In this document: piece by piece, positions 42,505 to 52,960 of the stretch
Numbering within the stretch: the stretch's first letter is position 1
How the letters are laid out: the number at the start of each line of letters is the position of its first letter
From: Myxococcales bacterium
GTDB lineage: Bacteria; Myxococcota_A; Polyangia; Polyangiales; JADJMO01
Direction of reading: 5' to 3'
DNA length: 64,000 nt
Assembly: GCA_016709545.1 (NCBI GenBank)
Contig: JADJMO010000002.1
Coordinates: forward strand, 289,993 to 353,992
The notes under the pieces: generated by a model
Database searches by the model: none
Told to the model about the DNA's origin: nothing
The model's input: only the letters and a program-made list of their open reading frames with translations
Translations under genes and position numbers: made by a program

Positions 42505-45500
42505 TCATTTTCCGAGGGGAGTACCTGCCCCGATGATGACGCGGGGGCAAGTGAGAGTTCGGAAGATCGTGTCGTCGAAGGGGTGCTCCTTGCGGGAAGG
42601 GCGCAGCTCCATGCGGACGTAGGCCTTGGGGGCCTTGAGCTCCCAGGTGGCGATGAGGGGCACGGGGGCCCCCGGCTTGTGGGCGAGCCCGGGCTTGATG
42701 GTGGCCGCCTCGAGCAGGCGGAACATCCCGAAATCACCCTGACGCGTGATCTCTTCGTCGAGCTGGTTGATGCCGCGGACCTTGATCCGACCGCCGCGCT
42801 GCGTGGGCTCCTTGGCGGGCCACTGCACCTTGAGCCACTGCTCCGGCTCGTTGCGGTAGGTCTTGCTCGCGCCGTCGATCTCGAAGGTGACCTCGGAGAT
42901 GTCCTCGCTCACCGGGTGGAGGTTGATCTCGAACTCCACCACCGGCGCCTCGACGGGCCCCTTCGCGGGGAACGCGGCGGCGGTGATCGCCGCGGACTTC
43001 TTGAGGCAGGTGAGCAGGGCCGGGGTGTAGGGGATCGCGGACTTGAAGCGGACCGCGGGGACGAAGGCGTCACCCTGGCGCTCGAGGGTGCCCTTGAGGT
43101 TGGCCTCGTAGAAGCCCCACAGCACGCCCTCCTTCGGCTTGAAGAACTCGCCGAAGTCCTGCACGGACGCGTCCGTCGTGGAGTTGGGGTTGAAGGGGTA
43201 GAGGGTCGAGAGCTGGGTGTTCCACTTCTTCCAGACCGTCGGCTCCCAGAGCCCCGCCTGACCGCCGCCGACGTCCTTGCCGATGGCCTGCCAGGCGAGC
43301 GCGATGGGCCGCATGAGCAGCGGAGAGAGCAGCGGGCGCGTGAAGCCGTCCTGCTCGGCGAGCAGCGCGCTCGTCGTGCGGTAGGCGTTCTCGAGCTCCG
43401 CGGCCAGCGCCTTGCCGTCCGGCATCGCCTTGGTGTCCTTGAGGTCCGTGAGCAGGCCGATGAGCTTGCCGAGGACCGCCTGGTACTGCGCGAGGCCGGT
43501 GGAGGGAGGCGGGTCGCCTTCCTTCGGGGGGTTCTCGGGGACCGCGAACCGGGTCATCGGGCGGAAGGCCACCTCGACCGGGGAGAGCGGCCGACCCTTG
43601 GGCTTCTCGGGGCCCGCCGACGGGGTGAGGCCGAGGCTCGTGTCGATCTTGTTCTCGATCTGCTTCTTGCCCTTCTCGAGCAGCTCCTCGGCGACGTTGC
43701 CGGCGGTGCCCTTCGGGGCCACGAGCTCGAGGCGCGTGTTCTCGTCGAGCGTCCGCAGGAGGCGCAGGTAGGGCCACTCGGTCTCGGACAGCGACGACAG
43801 CTCGTCGAGCGCCTTGATCGAGTTCTCCGGCGACTGCACCTCGATGCTGGCGATGAAGTCGTGCCAGGCCGCCTGGTAGCGATCGAAGTAGAGCTTCCGA
43901 AGGTTGTTGACCGCCTTCTTGATGTCCTCGTCGTTGGACTTGGCGTTGTCGCCGAGCACCCACTTCTCGGCCGCGAGCTGGTCCTGCTTGACGGTGAGGA
44001 GCTCACGCACCCGGAGCCAGCCGAGCTTGGTGTACGCCCCGTCGACCGTGGTGGTCTTCTTCGAGGTGACGAACGGCGTGACCGATCCGTAGAACAGCTG
44101 ATCGAAGCGGATGGCCGCGATCTCGAAGTTGGCGTCGCGGACGAGGGCCTCGTACTCGCGGTCGACCTGGGGGACCTGCAGGAGCGACGAGCGCGTGCGG
44201 CTCACCATCGTGCGGTCGATCTTCCACGGCGGGATCTCGCCGCGCTTGACGAGCTCGACGTAGAACTCGACGTGCGGCTTGAGGTTGTCCTCGAGCGGCT
44301 GGGACACCGGGGCGCGCAGGGCGGCGATCCACAGCTTGGTGAGGCGCGGCACGACCCAGCCCACGTCGAGGTGGGAGAGCTCCATGTCGCTCATCATCAG
44401 GTAGACCTTGAGGTCGTCGTAGCTGCGGTTGAAGGCCTCACCCTTCTGCGCGCTCGCCGGGTCGATCGACTTGAGTCGACCGTCGAGGAGGGCGCGGGTC
44501 GGGTCGGCGAAGCCCACCTTGAGCTGCGCGACGTAGACCGAGCGGGCCGAGGGGTAGAGCCGCTCGCCGACGTACATGCCCCACCGCATGTCGAGGTCGG
44601 CGCCCTTGGCGCGCCAGTTGTCGAGCTTGCGCAGCTGGCCGAGGAGCGCGTCGAGGCGCTTGGCCTTCTGCTCGGGCGGGCTCGGGTCGCTCCAGACGAC
44701 CTTGCTCGCGTCGGTGGCCATGGCCTTGGTCTCGTCGACCAGGGTCATGTTGCGGGAGAACGTGCACGACGAAGGCACGATGAGCACGAGCGCGATGCCG
44801 ATGGCGGCCGCCGCGTAGGCGAGCCGGCGCAGCCGCTGGCGACGGAGCTCGCGCGCGGTGCGGGCGGCGACGTCCTGGTCGGGGAAGACGATCTTCTTGA
44901 AGAAGTCGGTGACGAAGTAGCTCTTGGACTCGGTGGTGGCCTGCTGCGGGGTCTCCGAGGGGCGCAGGCCGAACGCGCGGGCCATGCTGCCGAGCACGCG
45001 GTCCATCGGGCGGCCCTCCTGGGTGCCGCTCGTGAAGTAGAACCCGCGGAAGATCGGCGGCTCCGAGTAGGTGTTCTTCTCGAACAGGCCGCCGACGAAG
45101 TCGACGAGGTTCTGCTTGAGGGTCTCGAACTCGAGGGGGAACTGGTAGATCTTGGCGCGCGCCTCGTCGTTGCGCTCCTTGCCGATGCGCTTGACCGCGC
45201 GGGCGTGGAGCGACTTCACGAGGGTCTCGATCTCGACCTCGGTCGACTTACCGGCGTTCTCGAGGGTCTCGCCGAGCGAGAACGAGGCGCCCCAGATCTG
45301 GCCGCGCTCGCTCTTGCGGAGGTCGGCGAAGAACTCGACGAAGCCGCCGACGAGGTCGGTCTTGGTGAACATCACGTAGACCGGCACGATCATCTCGAGG
45401 CGGGTCATCACCTCGTCGACGCGGGCGCGGAGCTTCTTCGCGTACTCGTCGACCTGCTCCTCGTTGGCGTTGGCGAGGTCGGTGAGGCTGATCGCCACGA

Positions 45501-46101
45501 TGACGCCGTTGAGCGGCTTCTTCGTGCGGTAGCGCTTGAGCATGTCGAGGAAGGCGAGCCACTCCTCGTAGTCGTCCTTCTCGGTCGTGTAGCGACCGGC
45601 GGTGTCGAGGAGGATGGCCTCGTTGGTGAACCACCAGTCGCAGTTGCGCGTGCCGCCGACGCCCTTGATGCCGCCGCCGCGCGGGTCGAGGAACGGGAAG
45701 TTGAGCCCCGAGGCCTTGAGCGCGGTGGTCTTGCCGGCGCCCGGGGGGCCGATGATCATGTACCAGGGCAGCGCGTAGAGCGCCTCGGCGCCCTTCACCC
45801 CGCCGAGCTTGCTCGACTTGAGCGAGGCGAGCCCCTGGGTGAACTGCAGCTGCAGGGCGGCGATCTCGGCCCGACGATCGGGCCGCGCGTTCATCGCCTG
45901 CTGCTCGGCCTGACGGAGCAGCTCACGCTCGAGGGCGCGGGCGGCGCGCTTGGCGCGCATCCTCCGGTAGACGAGCACCGCCACCACGAGGAGGCCGACG
46001 GCGACGCTTGCCAGCACCTTCGTGAGGAAGGCAAGCTTCAAGAAATACCCGGCCACCCAGACGAGGGCGAGCAGGAATGCGGCTAGGAAACAGATCCACA
46101 T
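42505..46101 (-). CDS. tssM: T6SS membrane complex subunit TssM (IcmF)
   Basis: 1198 aa. N-terminal TM helices, Walker A GPPGAGKTTAL, long periplasmic IcmF-like C-terminal region. Confidence 0.9.
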   Translation of the reverse strand: MWICFLAAFLLALVWVAGYFLKLAFLTKVLASVAVGLLVVAVLVYRRMRAKRAARALERELLRQAEQQAMNARPDRRAEIAALQLQFTQGLASLKSSKLGGVKGAEALYALPWYMIIGPPGAGKTTALKASGLNFPFLDPRGGGIKGVGGTRNCDWWFTNEAILLDTAGRYTTEKDDYEEWLAFLDMLKRYRTKKPLNGVIVAISLTDLANANEEQVDEYAKKLRARVDEVMTRLEMIVPVYVMFTKTDLVGGFVEFFADLRKSERGQIWGASFSLGETLENAGKSTEVEIETLVKSLHARAVKRIGKERNDEARAKIYQFPLEFETLKQNLVDFVGGLFEKNTYSEPPIFRGFYFTSGTQEGRPMDRVLGSMARAFGLRPSETPQQATTESKSYFVTDFFKKIVFPDQDVAARTARELRRQRLRRLAYAAAAIGIALVLIVPSSCTFSRNMTLVDETKAMATDASKVVWSDPSPPEQKAKRLDALLGQLRKLDNWRAKGADLDMRWGMYVGERLYPSARSVYVAQLKVGFADPTRALLDGRLKSIDPASAQKGEAFNRSYDDLKVYLMMSDMELSHLDVGWVVPRLTKLWIAALRAPVSQPLEDNLKPHVEFYVELVKRGEIPPWKIDRTMVSRTRSSLLQVPQVDREYEALVRDANFEIAAIRFDQLFYGSVTPFVTSKKTTTVDGAYTKLGWLRVRELLTVKQDQLAAEKWVLGDNAKSNDEDIKKAVNNLRKLYFDRYQAAWHDFIASIEVQSPENSIKALDELSSLSETEWPYLRLLRTLDENTRLELVAPKGTAGNVAEELLEKGKKQIENKIDTSLGLTPSAGPEKPKGRPLSPVEVAFRPMTRFAVPENPPKEGDPPPSTGLAQYQAVLGKLIGLLTDLKDTKAMPDGKALAAELENAYRTTSALLAEQDGFTRPLLSPLLMRPIALAWQAIGKDVGGGQAGLWEPTVWKKWNTQLSTLYPFNPNSTTDASVQDFGEFFKPKEGVLWGFYEANLKGTLERQGDAFVPAVRFKSAIPYTPALLTCLKKSAAITAAAFPAKGPVEAPVVEFEINLHPVSEDISEVTFEIDGASKTYRNEPEQWLKVQWPAKEPTQRGGRIKVRGINQLDEEITRQGDFGMFRLLEAATIKPGLAHKPGAPVPLIATWELKAPKAYVRMELRPSRKEHPFDDTIFRTLTCPRVIIGAGTPLGK

Positions 46102-46113
46102 GGTTCTGCTCGG

Positions 46114-46794
46114 TTATTTCGGGGCCGTCTTCTCGGCCTGTTGATCCATCGTCTTGACGGCGTCGTCCGTGCTCGATCCGAGGACCAGCTTGAGGACGAA
46201 GAAGGCGACCAGGGCGAGGGCCAGGCAGCCAATGGCGAGGGCGAGGATGGGGGCGTCGCCGCGGGACATGCCGCGACCACTGTCCTTGGGCTCGCCGTGG
46301 GGACTGATGTTCTCGCCACCCGGGAGGGCGCGGGCGAGGAGCGCGGCGCCGCGCTCGGTCATCGCGAGCAGGCCGTCGCCGTCGTTGCGGACGGCGTAGA
46401 CGCCCTGGAACCCGAGCGCGAGGCACAGGTAGTAGATCTGGAACACGTGCGCGCGGTTCGGCTCCCTCGAGAGCTGATCCATCTTGGTGAAGAAGCCCTC
46501 ACCGGCGGTGTTCTCGTTGTAATACGTGAGCTGGAGCGGCCGCCCCATCCACTGCTGCCGGCCCGGCCACGGCGAGCGGAGGATCTGCTCGTCGATGAAC
46601 GCGACCAGCGCGTACTTGGCGTCGGCCACGTCGGCCTCGGGGATGCCGGCCTCCTGGGCCTTGCGCGCCATGTTGTCGAACAGCGTCTCGATGCGCCGGG
46701 CGAGCACCTCGGGAGAGGGCAGGTCACGCGCCGACGAAAGCTGACTCGCTAGCGTCAGTACGTCGGAGCAGACCCAGTACATCTTGTCGAGCAT
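46114..46794 (-). CDS. tssL: T6SS membrane complex subunit TssL (DotU family)
   Basis: DAKYALVAFIDEQIL, W..RPLQLTYYNE..GEGFF, C-terminal TM helix. Confidence 0.9.
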   Translation of the reverse strand: MLDKMYWVCSDVLTLASQLSSARDLPSPEVLARRIETLFDNMARKAQEAGIPEADVADAKYALVAFIDEQILRSPWPGRQQWMGRPLQLTYYNENTAGEGFFTKMDQLSREPNRAHVFQIYYLCLALGFQGVYAVRNDGDGLLAMTERGAALLARALPGGENISPHGEPKDSGRGMSRGDAPILALAIGCLALALVAFFVLKLVLGSSTDDAVKTMDQQAEKTAPK

Positions 46795-46836
46795 GGTGGG
46801 GATTCCAGAAACGGGGTTACGGCGGGGAAAAGAGGC

Positions 46837-48192
46837 TTACTGGAGGTTCGCGGGGTCGACGGCGTAGAGCTGGAAGTCGACCGTCGCGGCAGGGTCGACC
46901 GGGTGGTACAGCGCTATGCTCCCGCTGGAAGCGATGTCGGGCCAAAACTCCGGCGTGCGTACCACCTTGAAGAAGGTCAATCCGGGCTTGATCGGCAGGG
47001 CGCCGGGGGGCCGGTACTCGAGCTCGACCCGGGCGCCGTTGATGGCGGAGTTGAGGATCGCGCCGATCTGACCCCAGGACGCGATCTTCATCAGCTTGGG
47101 CAGCCGGTCCCGGACGTTGGCCTCGGGCATGGTGCCCGAGCAGGCGAGGAACAGCTCGTAGCGCAGCACCTGCGGGTCCTCGAGGCGGCCGAGGTACATG
47201 CCGTCGTCGCGGCGCTGCAGCGGGATCTGGATGTAGCGCTCGGCGATGACCGCGTTGAGGAGCTGGGTCGCCCGCGCGAACATCGGCTCGAACACCTCGC
47301 CGAGGTCGAGGAAGTTGAACTTGGGGATGGTGGTCGGGTCGCCGTCGACCGCGAACGTGCAGAGCTGCCCGATGAGCTGCGCGAGGACCAGATACGCGTC
47401 CTCGGGCGAGCTGTGGCCCTGGTCGACCACGTGCGAGAACGGCGGGATCAGCGTGTTGAGGGTGTTGAGCAGCCAGAACTTGGCGGAGTCGCTGGCCTGG
47501 AAGTCGACCGCGCTCGCCGTGCGCTGGCGGCGGGACTCGGCGAGGCTGCGCTGGCGGCCGGTCATCGCGCCGAGCAGGCGCCGCATGCCACCCATGATGA
47601 ACGGCGACGAGCGGATCTGGAGGACCGGCGGGACGAAGGTCTCGCGGAGGGTGATCTGCCCGGTGGCGTTGCGCACGAGCTGGGCGACGCGTACGGCGTC
47701 GAAGCCCTCGCGGCGCTCCTCGCCGAGGAGCACGCGCAGGTTGGGGCGCGCCCACGAGAGCCCGTGCTCGCCGAGCCCGGTGTTCACGTCGACGACGGAG
47801 GACTGCGCGCGCACGAACCGGTGCGGCGCGCCCGGCTTGGCGTCGAGGTCGACCAGCGGCGCGCTGTCGGACTGCTGGGCGAGCGCGACGAACACGTCGA
47901 GCGAGCGGGTCTGCGCGTTGAAAGCCGTGTCGAGCGAGCGCGTGGGGACCGCGTCCTCGCCCTCGCCCGAGATGATCGGCGTGCCGTCGGGCAGGATGGC
48001 CGAGAGGCGCGTGATGCGCAGCTGCCCGCTCGCGAGGGCGCGCTCGTCGATCTCGAGATCGTTCACGCCCCAGTCGAACGGCAGCGTCAGGCGGAAGCGC
48101 TCGCGCAGCAGCGCCTCGTGATAGCCGTCGAGCTGCTGGAAGTGGTGCTGTGTGACGAAGAGACCTTCGGTCCAGACGAGCTTCTTCGCCAT
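46837..48192 (-). CDS. tssK: T6SS baseplate subunit TssK
   Basis: N-terminus KLVWTEGLFVTQHHFQQLDGYHE is the TssK hallmark. 451 aa. Confidence 0.9.
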   Translation of the reverse strand: MAKKLVWTEGLFVTQHHFQQLDGYHEALLRERFRLTLPFDWGVNDLEIDERALASGQLRITRLSAILPDGTPIISGEGEDAVPTRSLDTAFNAQTRSLDVFVALAQQSDSAPLVDLDAKPGAPHRFVRAQSSVVDVNTGLGEHGLSWARPNLRVLLGEERREGFDAVRVAQLVRNATGQITLRETFVPPVLQIRSSPFIMGGMRRLLGAMTGRQRSLAESRRQRTASAVDFQASDSAKFWLLNTLNTLIPPFSHVVDQGHSSPEDAYLVLAQLIGQLCTFAVDGDPTTIPKFNFLDLGEVFEPMFARATQLLNAVIAERYIQIPLQRRDDGMYLGRLEDPQVLRYELFLACSGTMPEANVRDRLPKLMKIASWGQIGAILNSAINGARVELEYRPPGALPIKPGLTFFKVVRTPEFWPDIASSGSIALYHPVDPAATVDFQLYAVDPANLQ

Positions 48193-48193
48193 C

Positions 48194-48874
48194 TCAGGAG
48201 CCCTTCGGCGCCGCCGGACCGGCGGGCTTCCCGGACGCCGCGCCCGCGCCGCCGGTGAGGTGGATCACGTTGTAACGGCCCGCGTCGGGGGAGACGTCGT
48301 CGAGGTGGTCGTCCCCGGTGTCGATGCGCGTGCCCTCGATCCAGAGCGAGAACTTGGGGAACAGCACGGGCGGCGCCCCGCCGTCGCACTCCTCGCCCGT
48401 GCACGTCGCGCCGCACCCCTGGCCCTTCTTGGGCGAGGGGGGCAGCTCGAACGTGGTGAACCAGCTACGACCCTTGGGGTTGCGGAACAGCGCGACGCCG
48501 ACCACGTACTGGGCGGACTCGTCACGCTCGAACTTCACCTCGGTCTTGCTGTTCGGGTAGATGGGCAGCTCGTCGACCTTGACGATCGTCTCCTCGCCCA
48601 GCGTCTTCTTGTCGTCCTTCCAGACCTCCTCGAACTTGGCGTTCAGGAGCTGGACGTCGTTCTTGAGCTGGTAGATGCGCAGGATGACCGGGCGCGCCTC
48701 GCCCTCGTTGCTCGGGTTGATGAGGGGCGCCGCCACCACCGTCAGGGTGACGACCTGCAGATCGCACTTCTTGGGTTCCTTGACGGGCAAGATCTCTTGC
48801 TTGCAGCCCACCCAAGCGAGCGGTGCGGCAGCGAGAGCCAGCGTCAACGGCAAGAAGAGTAGCGCGCGCCTCAT
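48194..48874 (-). CDS. tssJ: T6SS outer-membrane lipoprotein TssJ (SciN), with C-terminal extension
   Basis: Lipobox LAWVGC. LTVVAAPLINPSNEGEARPVILRIYQLKN..F fits the TssJ core. Extra ~70-aa Cys/Gly-rich tail. Confidence 0.8.
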   Translation of the reverse strand: MRRALLFLPLTLALAAAPLAWVGCKQEILPVKEPKKCDLQVVTLTVVAAPLINPSNEGEARPVILRIYQLKNDVQLLNAKFEEVWKDDKKTLGEETIVKVDELPIYPNSKTEVKFERDESAQYVVGVALFRNPKGRSWFTTFELPPSPKKGQGCGATCTGEECDGGAPPVLFPKFSLWIEGTRIDTGDDHLDDVSPDAGRYNVIHLTGGAGAASGKPAGPAAPKGS

Positions 48875-48879
48875 GGAAA

Positions 48880-51517
48880 TCAGGCCTCCTCGCGACGGCA
48901 GACGATGTCGCCGTCCTTGATGGACAAGTGGATCGCCTTCATCTCGACGCCCTCGGCGAGGCCGCGGAGGATCTCGGAGGAGACGAGCGGCATGATGGTG
49001 CCACGCAGGATGTGATCGACGTTGCGGGCGCCGCTCTCGACTTCCTGGCAGCGGTCCGCGATCGCGCGCGTGACCGTGTCGTCGAAGACGAGATCGATGT
49101 TGTGCGACTCCTTGGCCCGCTTGCCCACCGCCCCGAGCTTCATCTTGGCGATGTCCATGAGGGCCTCGGGGCCGATCGGGATGTACGGCACCACGGTCAT
49201 GCGGGCGAGCAGCGCCGGCTTGAAGTGCGCCGAGAGCGTGGGCTTGACCAGCGAGACGAGGTCCTCGAGCGGGGGCACGGGCTCACCGGGCGGCGCCGCG
49301 TTGGTGATGAGGTCGGTCGCGAGGTTGGAGGTCATGACGATGACCGTGTTCTTGAAGTCGACCACGCGGCCCTCGCCGTCGGCGAGCGTGCCCTTGTCGA
49401 ACACCTGGTAGAACAGGTTCATCACCTCGCGGTCGGCCTTCTCGACCTCGTCGAGGAGCACGACCGAGTAGGGCCGGTGACGCACGGCCTCGGTGAGCAC
49501 GCCGCCCTCGCCGAACCCGACGTAGCCGGGCGGAGAGCCGATGAGCTTGGAGACCGTGTGCTTCTCCATGAACTCGCTCATGTTGATCGTGACCATGAAG
49601 CGCTCGCCGCCGAAGAGCAGGTCGGCGAGGCCGAGCGCGGTCTCCGTCTTGCCGACGCCGGAGGGGCCGACCAGCATGAAGACGCCGAGCGGCGCGGTCT
49701 TGGGCTTGAGCTCGGCGCGCGCGGCGCGCAGCTCGCGGGCGAGCGCGGCGAGGGCGTTGTCCTGGCCACGCACGCGCTCGCGGAGGCGGTCCTCGGTGCG
49801 CAGGATGGCGGCGACGTCGTCCTTGACCATCTTGCCGACGGGGATGCCGGTCCAGTCGGCGACGACCGAGGCCACGAGCGCCTCGTCGACGTCGGCGTGG
49901 GTGAGCAGCTGGTCGCGGGGGATCTTGCGCAGATCGTCGAGCGCGCCCTCGAGCTCCGGGCGCTTGCCCGGGTCGGTCGCCATGGCCTTCCGGGCCTCCT
50001 CGATGTGGGCGACGATCGCGCGCTGGCCGGCGAGCTTCTCGTCGAGCCCCGAGAGCCTCGTCTCGAGCTCGGCCTTCTTTCCTTGGCGAGCTGCTGCGCG
50101 GCGTCGTCGATCGGGTGGCCCGCGGCGTGGTCGCGGTCCATCGCCGCGAGCTGACGGTCGATGCCGGCGAGCAGGGCGCGGGCGTCCTCGATCACCGCCG
50201 GCGGCGCGGCGCGCATGACCTTGGCGCGGGCGGCCGAGGTGTCGAGGAGGTCGACCGCCTTGTCGGGGAGCAAGCGGCCGCTGATGTAGCGGGCCGAGAG
50301 GTTGACCGCGGCGCGGACGGCCTCGTCGGTGATGTTGATCTTGTGGGCCTCCTGGAAGCGCTCGGCCACGCCGCGCAGCATGAGGATGGCCTGCTCGGGC
50401 GAAGGCTCCTCGACGCGCACCGGTTGGAAGCGACGCTCGAGGGCGGCGTCCTTCTCGAAGTAGCGCTTGAACTCGGCGTAGGTGGTGGCCGCGATGGTGC
50501 GCAGCTCGCCGCGCGCGAGGGCCGGCTTGAGCAGGTTGGCCGCGTCGCCGCCGCCCGCCTGGTTGCCCGCGCCGATGATGGTGTGGGCCTCGTCGATGAA
50601 GAGGACGATGGGCTTCGGTGAAGCCTTCACCTCGGCGATGACGCCCTTGAGGCGGTTCTCGAACTCACCCTTCACGCCGGCGCCGGCCTGGAGCGCGCCG
50701 AGGTCGAGCGCGAGCAGGGCGACGTCCTTGAGCTGGTCGGGCACGGTGCCCTCGGCGATGCGGACCGCAAGCCCCTCGACGAGCGCCGTCTTGCCGACGC
50801 CCGCCTCGCCGACGATGATCGGGTTGTTCTTGCGGCGGCGGACGAGGATGTCGACCACCTGCCGGATCTCGGACTCGCGCCCGAACACCGGGTCGATCTC
50901 GCCGGCCTTGGCGCGCGCGGTCAGATCGGAACAGAAGCGCGCGAGCGGTCCGTCGGCCTTGCCGAGGCCCCCCGCCCCGCCGCTCTTGCCAGGTTCGGAC
51001 GCGCCGCCGCCCGCGTTGCGCTGCTGCTCCTGCACCATGGCCGCGGCCTCGCCGCTGGTCGCGGCGATGGTCGAGAGGTTGGTGCGCAGATCGTCGCGGA
51101 CGATCTTGTCGAGGATGGGGAGCTCGAACGGCAGGTAGCGGGACGGCGAGGAGACCAGGCGGACGAGCAGCGCGCCCGAACGCACCTGCGTGTCGCCGAG
51201 CTCGGTCGTCGCGTAGAGGAAGGAGTCCTGGACCCACTCGAGGAGGAGGCTGCCGAACACGGGCTTGCCGGCGTTGCCCGAGCGCAGATCGCTCACGTAG
51301 CGCTGCAGGGTGGCGCGCGCGGTCACTGGATCGATGCCGTAGTGGTGCAGGATGACCGCGAGGTCGCTGCTGAGGTCGTCGAGCAGGGCGAGCAGCATGT
51401 GCTCGACGGTGACCTCGTAGTGGCGGCTGCCGATGCAGGCACTGGCGGCGCCTTCGAGGGCCTGGTGCAGGTCGGGTTCAGCTTGCGGAGCAGGGCGCGC
51501 GGTTCGGCAACGAGCAT
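48880..51517 (-). pseudogene. tssH: T6SS AAA+ ATPase TssH/ClpV, split into three frames by two single-base deletions (near 51461 and 50079)
   Basis: N-domain MLVAEPRALLRKLNPTCTR|ALEGAASACIGSRHYEVTVEHMLL. D1 Walker A GEAGVGKTA. Break at ..AAQQLAKE|KKAELETRL... D2 Walker A GPSGVGKTE. All three pieces are GC3-rich and collinear. Confidence 0.9.
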
Positions 51518-51536
51518 CGTTCCTCGGCTTCTTGGG

Positions 51537-52910
51537 TCAGTGTTGGGGAGACTTCTGCTTGGGTGCCGGAGGAGGTAGCGCGAACAACGAAGTGGGTCGC
51601 CGGTAGACCGGCTTTGGTTTCGGAATCAACGCGAGCGACTCCGAGGGGCGCTTTCCTTCCAGCGCCGGCAACGTATCGCGTCCCCAGTCGAAATCGTCGC
51701 CAACCTGGGACTCGGGTCCCGTGGACCCGGTGTCGAGGAGGTAGGGGAGCATGGTGCGGGCGCGGGCCCACCCCTTGGCGGGGAGGTGGACGGCGAGCCA
51801 GCCGAGCCGTAGCGGCACGTGGGGGCCGGCGATTTCCGGGTTGAGCTCGCGGATCTTGCGGACGCTGGTGCCGGCCGCCCGGGCCAGGGTGGCGAACGCC
51901 GTGCCCGGCGGGACGGAGAGGTCGGTGAACATCACCGGGGCCTCCTTTTCCACATGGTCGAACCCGAACCGGTCAGGGTTCCGAAGGATCAGCATGAGGG
52001 TAAGGATCTGCGAGACGTACTGGACGGTCTCCTTGGGGAGCGCGCCCTCGATGGCGGCCAGGCTCCAGAAGTCCATCGCCCCGGTCTCGGTCATCCGCTT
52101 GAGGACGGTCTTGGCGCCCAGGTTGTACGCCGCGAGCACGAGCTCCCAGTTGCCGAACTTGGTGTAGAGGTCGGACAGGTGACGGGCCCCGGCGTCGCTC
52201 GCGGCCTCGATGCTCTTGCGCTGGTCGTACTCGGAGGTGATCGTCAGGTCGTAGTCGCGGCCCGTCTTGTCCATGAACTGGAACAGGCCGACGGCGCCGG
52301 CGTGGGACTTGGCGGTCTCCGAGTAGCCGCTCTCGACGAACACCAGGGCCTCGAGGTCGCGCGGCAGCCCATTGGCCACGAGCGCGCCGACGACCGCGTG
52401 GTGGTGGCGCCCGCTGCGCTTGATCCACTTGGCGGTCATGGCGCGACCGGTCTCGCTCTCCGTGAAATACCGGACCCAGGGCTCGAGCCGGCTCAGATCG
52501 ACCGCGATGTCCGGCTTTCGCAGGCCAATCGTCCAGGTCTGCTGCGGGACGCAGAGGGTCTTCTCGGAGACGGCGGGGGAATAGGGGGTCAGGCGCGCCC
52601 GCGAGGCGAGGTTCTTCGGGTTCTTGTGCAGGGGCTTGGGCGTGGCGATGGTGGTGCGCTCGAGGAACGGCAGGCACAGTTCCGAGGAGAGGGCGCAGCT
52701 CTCGAGGGGGCTGCCCGTCCCCATCGGGGCCGGTCGCGGCGGCGATTTGTGCGCGGGCGGCGCCTGGCACAGAGCGTCGTCGGCGCTCGTGGCGCGGGGC
52801 GGCGCGCGGTGCGGCAGCACCAGGGCCCCGAGGGACAGTGCTGCGAGGACGACGGTGTGGAAGGAACGCACGCGCGTACGTTTGCACACCCGCCGCGCGG
52901 CTCCCAACAA
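51537..52910 (-). CDS. lytic transglycosylase (SLT domain) with C-terminal LysM-like region; first gene of the T6SS minus-strand operon
   Basis: VFVESGYSETAKSHAGAVGLFQFM and AAYNLG (SLT catalytic Glu and family blocks). Signal-like N-terminus; exact start uncertain. Confidence 0.8.
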   Translation of the reverse strand: MLGAARRVCKRTRVRSFHTVVLAALSLGALVLPHRAPPRATSADDALCQAPPAHKSPPRPAPMGTGSPLESCALSSELCLPFLERTTIATPKPLHKNPKNLASRARLTPYSPAVSEKTLCVPQQTWTIGLRKPDIAVDLSRLEPWVRYFTESETGRAMTAKWIKRSGRHHHAVVGALVANGLPRDLEALVFVESGYSETAKSHAGAVGLFQFMDKTGRDYDLTITSEYDQRKSIEAASDAGARHLSDLYTKFGNWELVLAAYNLGAKTVLKRMTETGAMDFWSLAAIEGALPKETVQYVSQILTLMLILRNPDRFGFDHVEKEAPVMFTDLSVPPGTAFATLARAAGTSVRKIRELNPEIAGPHVPLRLGWLAVHLPAKGWARARTMLPYLLDTGSTGPESQVGDDFDWGRDTLPALEGKRPSESLALIPKPKPVYRRPTSLFALPPPAPKQKSPQH

Positions 52911-52960
52911 ACACGCGAGGGCCGTGGCGGGACCCGGCGGAATCCTGCTACAACGGCGGG

